This document shows, piece after piece, positions 49,414 through 61,312 of a DNA stretch of 64,000 nt (the stretch's first letter is position 1; each line of letters starts with the position of its first letter). Source of the stretch: Fimicolochytrium jonesii (lineage: Eukaryota); assembly GCF_025526975.1 (NCBI RefSeq), contig NW_026515670.1, forward strand, positions 1,178,001 through 1,242,000, read 5' to 3'. Made by a program: the position numbers and the translations under genes. The notes beneath the pieces are model-generated. The model was not told where the DNA came from. It searched no databases and saw only the letters and a list, made by a program, of their open reading frames with translations.

Positions 49414-50671
49414 GCCCAAAAACTCCCTGACTTCCGTTCTCCACAACACATGAGCAAATTAACTGGTGAACTCCGTATCGTCCATGTGCAGTCATTTTCC
49501 GGACATCCTCTGACGTTTCCCAGACTTTGGAGCTGCCTTGTATATGTCGCATGGGGAAGACGGGATATGATACGTAAATGAGGGATTGTTCAAGCAGAGG
49601 AGAGTACATAGAAAGTAAGAGCAGGGGATATTACCGATCATTCGAGCGTAAATTCAATGTGAGAGGGCGGTTCTCTGGGGAGTTCAGGAGAACGAAGTGA
49701 TTCATCGAAGGAGCGCACCGCAACTTCTTGAACTTGAGCTTCAATGGTAATTGCAATTGACTCAAAGGACCGCAGCGGGCCAATAGAAGAGTGGAAATCT
49801 CGTGTCGTGAGGCAATGTGGCAGGTGCATGTGCAGGTGAGGCAGGTGCAATGTGTTTTGGGATTGCGGGAATGGGCATGATGTCGCAATACACCCCTCAC
49901 CTACGCAGCCCAACCTCTTTGCCGCGAGCGGAGCGAGCTGGCTATCGTTCGACCATCCAACCATCCGTGCGATGTGACACTCGCTAAAAGACTGTAACCG
50001 CGCCAAACGTATATTTATAACCAAGCCAACTCGTTAAAAACAGAGTTCGAATCTCAGCGGGACCTGGCAATTTATTTTTCCATTTTCTCAAAATTTCGCA
50101 TCGGACGCAGTCAACGATCTTGATACTTGCTCCTTGCCTACGACCCATCGGTGCGCTGATAATACGTCAAGCAAACAACCCCTGAGCCGTCATCCTCGCA
50201 GGGAAGGCCTTGTTCAACAATGTCACGCCGAACCTACCTCTTCTTCCGTGAGGCCTTCAGGACGACTTCCACCACATCCCCCGCCACCACGATTCCCATG
50301 ACTCGCACAAAACCCCACTGTTTAGCAGCTTCATGCCGCAACGTTTGCTCAACCGCCGCTTCCGCCTATTCACGTCCGTCAGCCGTACATGATCTCCCGG
50401 AAAAGCGACGCCGGCCAGCACCCCGGTGCTTGACCGTGAGCCAGCAAACGCGTGGAAAAGCGAGCAGATCGTCGGGCATAAAAAGGACCTTTGACGACTT
50501 GCCAGATAAGAAGGTTTCATCGGGCGCACGGAAAGCCTCGGAGGAAGGAAGGGAGGAAAAAAAGCTGGGTGATGTGAAGGTGGAAGGTGGGTTTGCGATC
50601 TGGATGTCTTTGGGGAGAGGACGAAGACCTAGATTGGGAGCTGGCCGCTGCTCTTCATCCTTGGGGTTATT

Positions 50672-52260
50672 ATGTCTCAAAGTTCCCGTTCCTCTACAGA
50701 TCTCCTGCCGCCCAATCCGATTCTTGATCAGTTTTACAAAAATAGAGACATACGCGTACCTTCACAAGTCCAGTACCAGATTGTAGGTGCGGCGCTGAGG
50801 CATTGCAACGATCCACGGGCCTACCCATTGTCGCAGATGGAGGAGGACATAGCAGCACGTAAGTTGAGGGTTGGTGCGGCTTTTGTTCAACGTTCGACTT
50901 CGGGATGCATTGACGAGACGAAGATGCTGATGCAACTCTCTTCGCTGCTCTTCTCCCGAAAGTGACGACTGACCTGACCACTGTGGGAGACATTGGCTTT
51001 TTGGTTGGCCGTCATGCATGGTTTGACGCGGGCCCGGCCGTCGCGCGGGCTCTGATGGATAAACCAGCACGAAGTGGGGACGAGTTCGCTGCGTACAACC
51101 TGGCACGGATCATGTCGACAGGTGAAGTGTGCGCTACGGGCGAAGAACCCGCCGGCTATGCGCTGGACTGACAGCTTTCGCGCAACGCCCTGTTCCAACG
51201 CAGACCACCCGCACTCCAATCGGAACCTACAGGCTGCGATGAAGATCTTCAGGGAACTGGCGGACAAGAACCACGCTGGGGCGCAGTTTAAGGTTGGCGA
51301 AAGGATGGTGAAAGCCCACGATATCCCGGGCGGGATGAAGATGCTAGAGAAATCTGCTGCGAATGGACACGCGGAGGCTGCCGTGTACCTAGGTGGGTCT
51401 CAATGCTCGACGTCTTCGTATTTCGCGTGCGAGCCTATGTGCGATGCGGAATATCTGGCATTTTATACTGATAGACCGGGTTGTGGCATATCGTTGTTCA
51501 ACAGGAGTCTTCTATAAGGACGGTTTCAAGAATTGGGTCTCTGTGGACCGCGTGAAGGCAATGAAATATCTCAGACAAGCGCACGACGCAGGTCAGTGGA
51601 AAGGTTTAGAGAGTCTTGTCGGTTTCGCTAAGGGGTATCTTGTTGTCTCTAACTGCAGCGCCTCGATGTCGTTCCACAGGAAACCCGGAGGCGTCATACC
51701 ACATCAGCGTGATGTACTCATTCGGTCAGCATGACCCTTCTGGTCAACCGGACCATTGGAAGTCCTTTGCGTTTCTGACCATCGCCGCCAATGCAGGTGA
51801 GAAAATCGCTTGGCGGATGGCTACTTTGATCATTGTGTGAATACTTCCAAACTATCGGATTTCCGAGTCGCTTATGTCTCGCCATCCAGGCATCCCCCGC
51901 GCTCAACACAACCTGGGCATATGCTACATGGTTCCCCCAGCCCTCGAAATCCCTTACGACCCCTTTCTCGGCGTTCAGTACCTCTCCATGGCAGCAGATC
52001 AAAACCTGATGCCATCGCTCATCAACCTGGCCAGGCTCTACCTCTACGGCAACCTCAAGGGCAAGGTGTACCCGGACTATGGGGTCGCTGAAAACTATCT
52101 CAAACGCGCGTTTGCAATTACGCAGAATGACCGGGATAAGTATTTCATTTATGGGCCAGAGGTGGAGGGGTTGATGGAGGATATGAGGAGGCTGATCAAG
52201 GGCGAGGTACTGAGTATGGATCCAGTTGTGCTTGGCGCCAAGAAGGCTGTTGATGAGTGA
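50672..52260 (+). CDS. Sel1-like repeat protein, multi-exon; 5' end uncertain (possibly 50220)
   Basis: Repeats AAMKIFRELADKNHAGAQFKVG, MLEKSAANGHAEAAVYLG, GIPRAQHNLGICY and YLSMAADQNLMPSLINLARLYLYG. Confidence 0.75.
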
Positions 52261-52660
52261 TGGTTTGAGGGCCAGCAAGGGGTTTGAAGCCACGGCCTCC
52301 CCGTGGGAGGCCATCAGCGCCGTAATGCCATCATCAGGCACGATCAAGCTCTAGGAACGGGTTGCCGCGGGGAGTCGGCTGAGCGGCCACGGGTAGCGAC
52401 GAAGGAAAGCACTTTGGGAGGCGTAGCACATAGTACTCCATGATTAGTCCGGTTCGAGTATGACTACCGAAAGGACCCGTAGCAGATGATGCAGCAATGA
52501 GGAGCCAGTTTTTGGAAGTTCAAATGTTGTTTATTACAAATAGTGGTAAAGAAGAGAGTAAATATGTATCTATCGAAAAGGAAATACCGAAAAGTGAATG
52601 TGGGTGATAGGGACGGTCACATCGGCGTAATGTGCAAGAGCCGTCAAATCAATCCCCTCT

Positions 52661-54335
52661 CTACAGAGCAGTAGCAACGCTCGGCGCAACACCATTCGCT
52701 TTCGTCGCCAGCCCGTTGGCAACCAGCGCCTTCTTAATCTCGACCTGCGCCGTTGCGTTCACCTTATTCACCCCATTCACCTGGACCTCCTCGCCCACCC
52801 TCGCATACGATCTCCTGAACTTGTCGTCCACAGCGGTGAGGTAGTACGCGCCTTCCCACAGGTTGACGTCATCAACAGGTGCCTCTGGGTGGAGATCCCT
52901 GCAGTTGTGCGTCTTTTCCCTCATGGCCATGATCTCATCATATCGTTCGGGTGCCACTTCCGTGCGCTGGGCGAGGCGGGCCTGCACGTCGAGACGGGCG
53001 GCGATGGCATCGGTAGGGCCGCGGACGGTGAGGGAGAAGAAGGAGGCGGCGAGACCGGAGCCGTATGAGAACAGTCCGATGCGTTTGCCTTGCAGTGCTG
53101 AAGAGGGTGTGAGGGAGAGGAGCGATGCAAGGCCGGCATAGAGGGACGCGCAGTAGGAGTTGCCGAGGTTCTGTGCGACGTAGAGGGAAGGAAGGACTTT
53201 TGATTTAAAAATTGGTTTTGTGTAGTCGACGAACTGCTTCTCGAGCTCGCGGGAGGTGTACGTGTCGGCTTCGCTGAGGGTGCTGAATTGCTCGGCGAAG
53301 TTCGCGGGGTATGGTGATGGTGCGGCGGAGGAGGTGGTGAAGGCGAGGGAGCGGCGGAAATCGTTAAAAGCGAGGCGACCGACGGATTTGGTCACGAGCT
53401 TGGTATACGGGCAGTGGAACACGACGTGGTCGAGGTTGTCGAGGGAGGGGTTCTCGATTCCGGTCGCGCGGGCGAGTTTCGCCATGTATCGGTTATAAGT
53501 CACGTCGACGGCTTTGGTGTAGCACTTGTTGGACAACGGGCCGTCGACTTCGGGGTATTCAGAGTGCAAGTCGGGCTTGTAGAAGTCGTAGACGTGCTCC
53601 ATGTGGGTGGCGCGCAAGCCGGCGTCGAATGCCAACGGCGCGTCGGCTCCGATGAGCATGGCGACGGCTGCCGCACCACCAGTGGGGCGAGCCGCGCCGG
53701 ACTTGTAGACGGCGATATCGGCCGCGACGACAAGTGCATACCGGCCGTCCCAGTTGTTAGATTCAATCCAGTTGACGGAGTTGAAAAGAGCGTTGGTGCC
53801 TCCGTAGCAAGCATTGGTGGTGTCCACACCCTCAATCTCAGTGTTTCCGGCATCCTGGAAGAGCTGCATCAGAACGGACTTCACGGATTTCGATTTGTCG
53901 ATGATCGTCTCTGTGCCGACTTCGAGGCGGCCGATGGATTTTACGTCGATGGAGTACTTTTCCAATAGGGACGAGACGGCCGTCAGGCAGATGGAGTGGA
54001 TATCCTCACGGTCGTCGCAGATGCCCATTTTCAGTTGCCCGAGACCAATGGTGTACTTTCCAGCGGACACTCCGTCGAACGTTTCCAAAGCCGCTTGGTC
54101 TACGTACTGTTATGGGTTTCAACGCGAAAGGTGCCGAACAATCAGTTTTCATGCGTCTTTTGCCTTTCCTCGCATATAACCACCGCAGCCAGTCTTGGCA
54201 CCCGCAGTGTACGCATTAAAAGGCATCGCCGACAACAACCCCTTCACTGCCTCCCTGACGTACCTTCTTTGGGAAGTAGATCTCCATGGCGTGGATGCCG
54301 ACATTCTCCGCCCGTGTTGGTGTTGCGCTGAGCAT
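52661..54335 (-). CDS. ERG13: Hydroxymethylglutaryl-CoA synthase
   Basis: Exon 1 ENVGIHAMEIYFPK, then GKYTIGLGQ, GRLEVGTETIIDKSKS, catalytic NACYGGT, FHCPYTK and LFSYGSG. Confidence 0.97.
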
Positions 54336-55686
54336 GGCTGCTATTGTGAAATAGTCCTGCTATGAATTGGGAAGACTGCGTTGCCTTCGGTGATATCTCA
54401 AGCTAGTGTTGCTGGTGAGGGTATGCTATTCCAAACTACGACAGCGAATATATGTATTCTACCAGGGTCTGGCAGTTCACACTGGAAGTTGGGTTTTTGG
54501 AAACTGGCGGAGAGAAAGCTCGCACCGGCTATATATACACATATGCGGAGGACGGCAAAGGCGGGCGGAGTGAGCAGTGGCAGCACCGACGCTGCGCCTA
54601 CTGCTGTGACTTGTTGGGAGACGGAGGTTGCAATATGTACAGTATAGTGAGGTTATCGATAGCGCGCACTGCTTAGGGCGGGTTGGATCTGGAGGTCGAA
54701 CGGTTTTTGGTGAGCCGATGAGGGTGGATTCTTGCCACAGTCCGCAACCCCGCGCGCGTCCTTTCTCAACCCAGAACTGCGCGCCGCGTGCGTTTCCCAT
54801 TCAGCAGCAGCAGCTTTTCCATCACGCAGCGTCATGACATCCGCTCAACCCAACACACACATACGGCCACTCCCTTGGGGTTTGGCATGCAGGAAGATCT
54901 GCATTCATGTGCGGGGAATAACGAGGGTTGCCTGGCCCGTTCGGAGGTTGTCCGATGGCCGGCTCCTAGTGCGACCATCCCATTAGAGACCCTGATAAGA
55001 AAGGCCGAATAGGATAAGCAACTTGCCCAATCGATGGGAGAGACGCATACGAAACAAGGATGGATCGTGATTCGTGAACGAGCAGCGGCCGTCAGTAAAG
55101 GCGAAGAGATGGTACAGTAGATCCCTTGTAGATATGGAGCGGGTATGTATGGGGAGGCAAGTGGTGAGTGGGGTGGGTCCATGTGGCATGATGCTTTCCG
55201 CTTTCGCCTTTTCCCAATCGCGTTCCAAGTGTCTGACGATGACCCTAACCCTAACGTCTTCCGGAGGATCACGTGCACCCCTTTTATTCCCGGTGACATA
55301 GCGCGATGTCGGCAAATCCATCTGCAGCTCACCGTCAAAGAAGCAGGACAATAATGCAGAACGTGAAGCGGGAAAACATACGGAATTCCATGCCAACATT
55401 ATTCGTGGCTCTTTCGGTCAGAAGGCATTTCTATTTGCAGCTATTTCGCCAACGGTATCATCAATCAGTTTTCATCGAGCAAGCCTGAGCCCACGTCCAG
55501 GTAAAATTCTCCCATCTGCCTTGGCAGAATGCGGATTTATCCTGTCTTGTCTGCGCCCGGAGTGTGGACAGCATGTGTTCTACGGCACAATGTCCCAGGA
55601 GATGTGACGGGACAGCGCAGTTGATGGGTTCTGGGGGCTGATAGTGGCAGAAGGAGCGATCGCGTGCGTCAGGGCTGGATACAAGG

Positions 55687-58330
55687 TCACCTCTCTTCCT
55701 TAAGATCATAACTGCTCTCCCCATCGGAATCGCCCCGTAATTCCCCCATTCGCCCGTTGTAAGGCCCATGCACCGCAGTCCCAATGATTTTCGGATGGGT
55801 TTGAGTCATCGGTCTTTGTGAGGTCGCTACCTTGGACATGGGGGATGAATGTGCCGAGGTTACAATCTCGGAATCGGCCCGGTTGGGTGGTGTTTCTTTG
55901 TGTGGTTTCTCCTTTCCGGAAAGCATCTGGGAGGTGAAGATTGACGAGCCTACATTCGATGGAGGGCGGGACTCTTCTACGGTGCTGCGGGCGAAACTTG
56001 AGCTCCTGCGAAACGGAAATCACAAGGCGGTTGCTTTGTTGAGAAGTCCAGCTGAGAACTCAATCAGAGGGAGCAGAACCTACTTTTGCATAGATTTCTT
56101 CTTTCCCCACAGCATCCCACTCCCCCTACTGCCTAAAAACGCGCGAGACCGACGGTGTTGCGCTTCCTCGCGTAACCGCTTCTGATCCTCTTCGCGTTTC
56201 TTTGCAGCCTCTTGCTCTTTCCGGTCCCTGATGATGTTCTGCACGCGCTCGTTGATCACGGGGTATTGTTTCTGGAGTACGTTGAAATCGGCTTGAGTCA
56301 AGACGCCGAGTTCGACGTCGGTTACGGCGCGCACGGTTGCTGTTCGTTTTCCGAACTCGTAGAGAGCGATTTCACCTATGTGGAAAGGGATTAACGATGA
56401 ATTTCGTTCCCGTGAACCATGGCCATATCAGCAAAACCAACATACCAAAGAATTGTCCCACGGTCAACGTGCAAAAAACTTTGTTGATTTTCAGACTCAA
56501 CACCTCCACCATCCCCGATTTAATGAAATACCTAAGGACAGCGTTAGCCCGCTCTGCGCGTCTAGGTCGAGTCCCAGTCGATGGAATACGACGAGTAATC
56601 CACTTACATTTCACTCCCGTCGTTGCCCTCCTTGAAGATGTACGCATCTCTGGATACCGCCAAAGGCTACACGTCAAAGTTAGCATGGATGCATCAGATA
56701 TGACAGTATCCATTGCCCTACCTTGAGCATAGCCGTTGCGGCACTGTAAAAAGCGTCGTCCATGTCTTTGAAGAGCTAACCCACTGAGTTAGTATACACC
56801 ATCTTATTCCTCGTTCCACATAGTGCGACACACTACGCACCGGCACATTTCTCACGAGCTCCAAGTACAAGAAGTTGAAAACCTCCTCCCGCATGACTTT
56901 TGGTAAGGCCATGAAGAGATCTTCCTCACGCATCCCTTGCGTGCGGGCCCATTCGAAACGCTAACAATACGCTAATGTATTAGCTTCCAGGAATCTCCCT
57001 CCAAGAAATCAGTGCACAATATCAAACTGACCTTGTGCTCAAGCACTTTCTGCTGCAACTCCGGCGGAAACCCCTTCTTCCGCATGTACTGCTTAATAAA
57101 GTTAACCTGATGCGCATGCTTCTCGGCCGCTTCCGTGAGCGCCGCCTCCGAATCCAACATCCTATTGATGCTCCCAAGACTGCCAATCAGCGATCCGAAC
57201 AACAACGCTGCAATCAGAAACTCGAACACGAAGAAAGCTCGTTCGGGATTGGTATGGTACGTCCGGAAGGAGAAGGCCATTGTTTGGATCCCCGTTATGA
57301 GGAAACATAGGTACTGCGTTGCCCAGGTTGCGGGAGATCCGCCTTCGTCGATGACTAGGTGGTTCACGTCAACGTATCGCGCGGGGGATGTTTCGACCAT
57401 GTTGATGAAGAACAGCACACATGCGTCGAGGTGCGCGCAGAGTAGGAGCAATGTAATCATCTTCAAGAGCCGCGTGATCTGGGTCGGTATCCCGCTGATT
57501 TGAAGGTTAATCAGCTCCTTGTATGGGAACAAAGCAAAACGGAGAAGACGCAGCAAGGCGGACACCACTTTTGAAATGTCGCTGAGAGGAAAGCCATGAT
57601 ATCAGCGCGTACGCAGTAAGCACGTAGCGATGGTCGTCACTTACTCTGGGAATCTATATCGGTCAATAGTATGAGAACCCTGAGGCGCGCCGTGTTGTGC
57701 AGACGAAGCCACCAGCTCTATCGGCAAACAACAAAGAAGCCGCACAAGCCCGCCCTGCTCATAACGAAAATGGCTCCAGATGAGTCTCGAGTCCGTGATG
57801 CGCGCTCCGTACTTGTCAACATAGGCGCGACGGGCATGTATGAACCAATCAACGAGGAGAGTTGCGTCGAGGACCGCGAAAAATGCGAAGAAGTCGGAGG
57901 TCTCGAAAACATGTATCCAGCCCAGCGCAAGCGGGCCTAGAACGAAATTGAGGGCATGCACGACGTGCACTAGCCGGTCCCACCATAGTAGCCACCGAGC
58001 TTCGAGCGGAATGACGAGCCTGTCCCATAGATCTAGCAAGCCGCCGGTGATGGTATCCGATACGTCCGCGAAAAAGCCAATGTCATCAACAGGCTCGTCA
58101 AAGGACTCTACAGTAAGATGATCGATATCTCCCTTTGGATGCAGCGGCGCTGGTAATCCGGCTTCGCCATCCCGTTCTGAGGCTGAGGCGGCAGAGAAAG
58201 CGCGGGGAAGAGGGGCTTCGGCGGTGCCGGCTTCCAAGTCCGGCGTCGTGCGCTCGTCTTCGGCTTCTTCGGGGAGGACGTCGGGACCTATGCTCCGCGG
58301 TATGCTTCCTCTTCGCTGCTGGCCTGGCAT
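55687..58330 (-). CDS. Cyclic-nucleotide-gated (CNG/HCN/KCNH-like) 6TM channel, multi-exon; 5' end undefined, probably upstream toward ~59000
   Basis: TM segments from WDRLVHVVH. S5-pore-S6 LLLCAHLDAC...QYLCFL...PERAFFVFEFLIAALLFGSLIG, C-linker QYMRKKGFPPELQQKV and CNBD GQFFG|EIAL...KRTATVRAVTDVEL. The last exon ends DLKEER* at 55687. Confidence 0.85.
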
Positions 58331-59230
58331 TGGGCTTTTTACGCCAAGGCGACCGCAAGCAATGCGATATATTTGGGGCGGTTTCGCTCCGGCAGGGAAC
58401 TTCGACTCCCTGTTTGGTAGAGGATCACCTTCTCCAGTACCAATCGGCAGAGGGTACCCCGCGTCAGACGTGGCTCAGAACAGAGGAACGGAAGCGGCTT
58501 CGACAAAGGCTCCGACAAAGGCTTCGACAAAGTCCTGGACAAAGAAGGCTATTTTACTCACAATACCCTTCCGTATTCATGTCGCCTGCACAAGGAGCGG
58601 TGTTAAGCCGTTTTAGGTTAACCTTAGTCCGGTGTCCGCCGCAGTCTCCGCAGCGGCGTCAGATTCCGGCGGTAGACCGTTCTAAGACACTCCCATCTTG
58701 ACCTGATTTCCCTCGCTCTCAAGATTGGTCCGTCAGCGTCGACATCAGTGTTTGGGATCGCGTGAGACCCCAAGAAGTGGGCCGACGTGTGAGGATGGTC
58801 GACTGCGTCGCTGACGGCATCGTAGTCCCGGGATAAGAACGGCCACGGAGGCGTTGAAGCAGAGAACGGAATGCGCTCTGGCGACAGTGCAACAGAGCGT
58901 TCAAATGTGAATGAAATGGTGCTCGACAGTTCCCGCTGTTCCCGTCACCTCTCGGATGTCCAGCAGCGCAAGCTCCTTTCTTACGCGTCTTGGCACCATA
59001 TGGGCCCCAACATCTCTTCGACACACCAATCCTGATTCCTGCCCAGGTGGAACTTCTCTTTTCGCACAGCCAAACTCATTTTCATTTGTAAGGGTAATGC
59101 TTATTTACACATCTTTAGAGAAGGTAGCTTACGGCCAACAGATGCCTTGCAGGAGCAACGCATCTGCGAGCGTATCCAGAATCCCCTAGTCAATGCATGT
59201 ACGGATTTCCAACATGATCGGTGAATCCCT

Positions 59231-60374
59231 CTAATCGAAGAGAGAGTCGAAGCCCATCTCCTCCTCTTCCTCCTCTTCCTCCTCAACCTTGGCAGCGGCA
59301 GGGGTGGCACCACCAGCAGCGGCACCGGCAGCGGGAGCGGCGGCAGCAGCAAACTTGGAGGGGTCGGCAAGGATCTCCTTGATCTGATATTAAGGATACA
59401 AAGTCCGAGTGAGTGACATGTTTTACGACGAAATTTTATTGCCCGAAAATGGTACATACGCGGTCAACAGCCTCGAAAGAGTAGTCGATGCTCAAGGCAA
59501 CACCAATGACGTTCTTGTAACCGTTGATCAACAAGTGAGGAACAGCGGCAACGGTGGGGAAACCGATGGCCAAAGAGATGGCGGCAATGGTGGTGATACC
59601 CTGAGTGAGGGCTCCCAAGAGGTGGGCATCGTCGATGTCAAGAATCTCCGAGGAGAAGATGTTACCGTTGTCGTAGACGGCTTGAACAGAGAGACCGTAG
59701 GTGAAAGGGGAGATGTTCATCATGTTCAACAAGGTGGCCTCAGAAGCTCCAACCTTGTTTCCGGCCTTGATCAAAGGAACGTCGTTGACGATCTCAATCA
59801 AACCCTTAGCGATCTTGGTGGGGATACCGAGGGCCTGGAAGAAAGAGGTCTTTCCGGGTTCCATACCGGTGTTACCGGCGGGGATGGTGACATCGACGGG
59901 AGCGAGGGCACCAGCCTTCGCGGGGGCGGCGACACGGTTGGAGACAATCTTCTCACGAATGTCCTTGAGGTCACCCTTGGTGAAGACGAAACCGACGTTG
60001 CCCTTGATGACGGAGAGAAGCTTCTCGTAGTTGGGGTTGTCGGGGATCAGGTTACGCAGGGCCCTGCGGACCATGGTGTTCTTTCCCATGAGGACGACAG
60101 CCTCGCCACGGAGAGCGACACGAACACCGTGCATCTGGTTGGAACCGACATTGTCGACATTGACAACGAAGATGGAGGGGTACTCTTCGAGAAGAGACTC
60201 CAACTTCTGGAAGTAAGCTTCCTTCTTGGCGCGACCTAAGGTATTCCACGGGAGTTTCAAGGTTAGCGGCTGGCCACAAGTAATCGCTGTTTTGACCGAT
60301 CGCACCCTCGTCGCTTGCTCAGAAGGCTTACGAAGCCCAGCCAAGCGGCGGTTCTCTCCTTGTTGTCCGACCAT
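59231..60374 (-). CDS. RPP0: 60S acidic ribosomal protein P0 (uL10)
   Basis: VDNVGSNQM, LMGKNTMVR, GNVGFVFT, TGMEPGKTSFFQALGIPTKI, and the Ala-rich then acidic C-terminus EEEEMGFDSLFD*. Confidence 0.97.
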
Positions 60375-60651
60375 CTTGAACCCCCTCTACACCGCCGCTC
60401 GGCTGCTCCCGACACATTCTCCGTCGCCTCTTCAAATAGATCCAACCCAGAGTCTCCTCCCCGTACTCCCCACACTCTCTAGTTTCTCCTGCCCACGTAC
60501 CGTCTCCCTTTGACATCTTTGTGTGTGCAAGGGGCTCTTTAGAGAATTTCAAGAACGGTAGCTGTAATGAGCGATATCTTGCGATAGAGAGACTGCACTC
60601 ATGGTGCGGGCCGCTTCTCAGGTAGTGAGGTTGAAAGAAAATGAAACGGGT

Positions 60652-60688
60652 CACGTGCTCCCGCCTCTTTTCCGTGTGATTCCACGTG
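60652..60688. promoter_or_regulatory. Two CACGTG E-boxes in the divergent RPP0/SIN3 promoter
   Basis: CACGTG at 60652-60657 and 60683-60688. bHLH (Cbf1/Max-type) binding is inferred. Confidence 0.4.
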
Positions 60689-61312
60689 ATAAGAAAGGCT
60701 GACAAGATGGATGCTTAAACCACAGTGAACAAACAGCTACTGTGAGTCAAGGAAAGTGATGACGGGCAATAGGAGGGAGGCAAGCGCTGCTGGTCTTTTC
60801 TCACCCTCCTCCTTCCTGAACAACGAACCGCCCATCCCCGTTGGGAACACACAGAGAACCAACCTGTGCGGCATCCCACTCCATCTCCTACGCTCCACCA
60901 CTCTTCAACTGCTGTCGGGTCGCTTAGCTTCCGCTCGTTGTAATCGGACTGGTCGGCCTGATCTCACTCGTCTGAAAGGCTGCCTTGAAACGGATAGGTT
61001 GGACGCGCCAGTATTGCACCCAATCCCGCCATTGTCTCGGCTTCCCACGCCTGCCAGGAAGCAAGCCGGTCAGTGTCGGCACTACCTCCCGGTCGAGGCG
61101 GGAAGATATAGAGGGTCGTCTTCCAGCAGGAGTTGCCGCCCGCGAAAGTTTTGGGGGACTCGAAGTGTTTTGTTGGGCAGAGAACGGCGTTTTCCACTTC
61201 TACCTTTGCGAGGCCACATCCCACAGAACAGCAGAGGGCCCATAAACCCACAGCAAACGAAGATTGTACTCGTCGTCAATTTGATAGTTTCCCTGAACAT
61301 AGAAACGGAAAG

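Noticed and set aside
52661..54335. HMG-CoA synthase as part of the siderophore cluster (acyl-group supply, as for Ustilago ferrichrome A)
   Set aside because: It is about 37 kb from the NRPS, separated by many housekeeping genes, and looks like the ordinary sterol-pathway enzyme.
59409..60239. 276-aa + strand ORF and similar long antisense ORFs (29302-30072, 33642-34412, 53414-53968)
   Set aside because: These are antisense shadows of codon-biased real genes.
60236..60374. N-terminally extended P0 or a non-canonical GA-AG intron
   Set aside because: A canonical 96-nt GTAAGC..TAG intron (60236-60331) explains the in-frame extension without special mechanisms.
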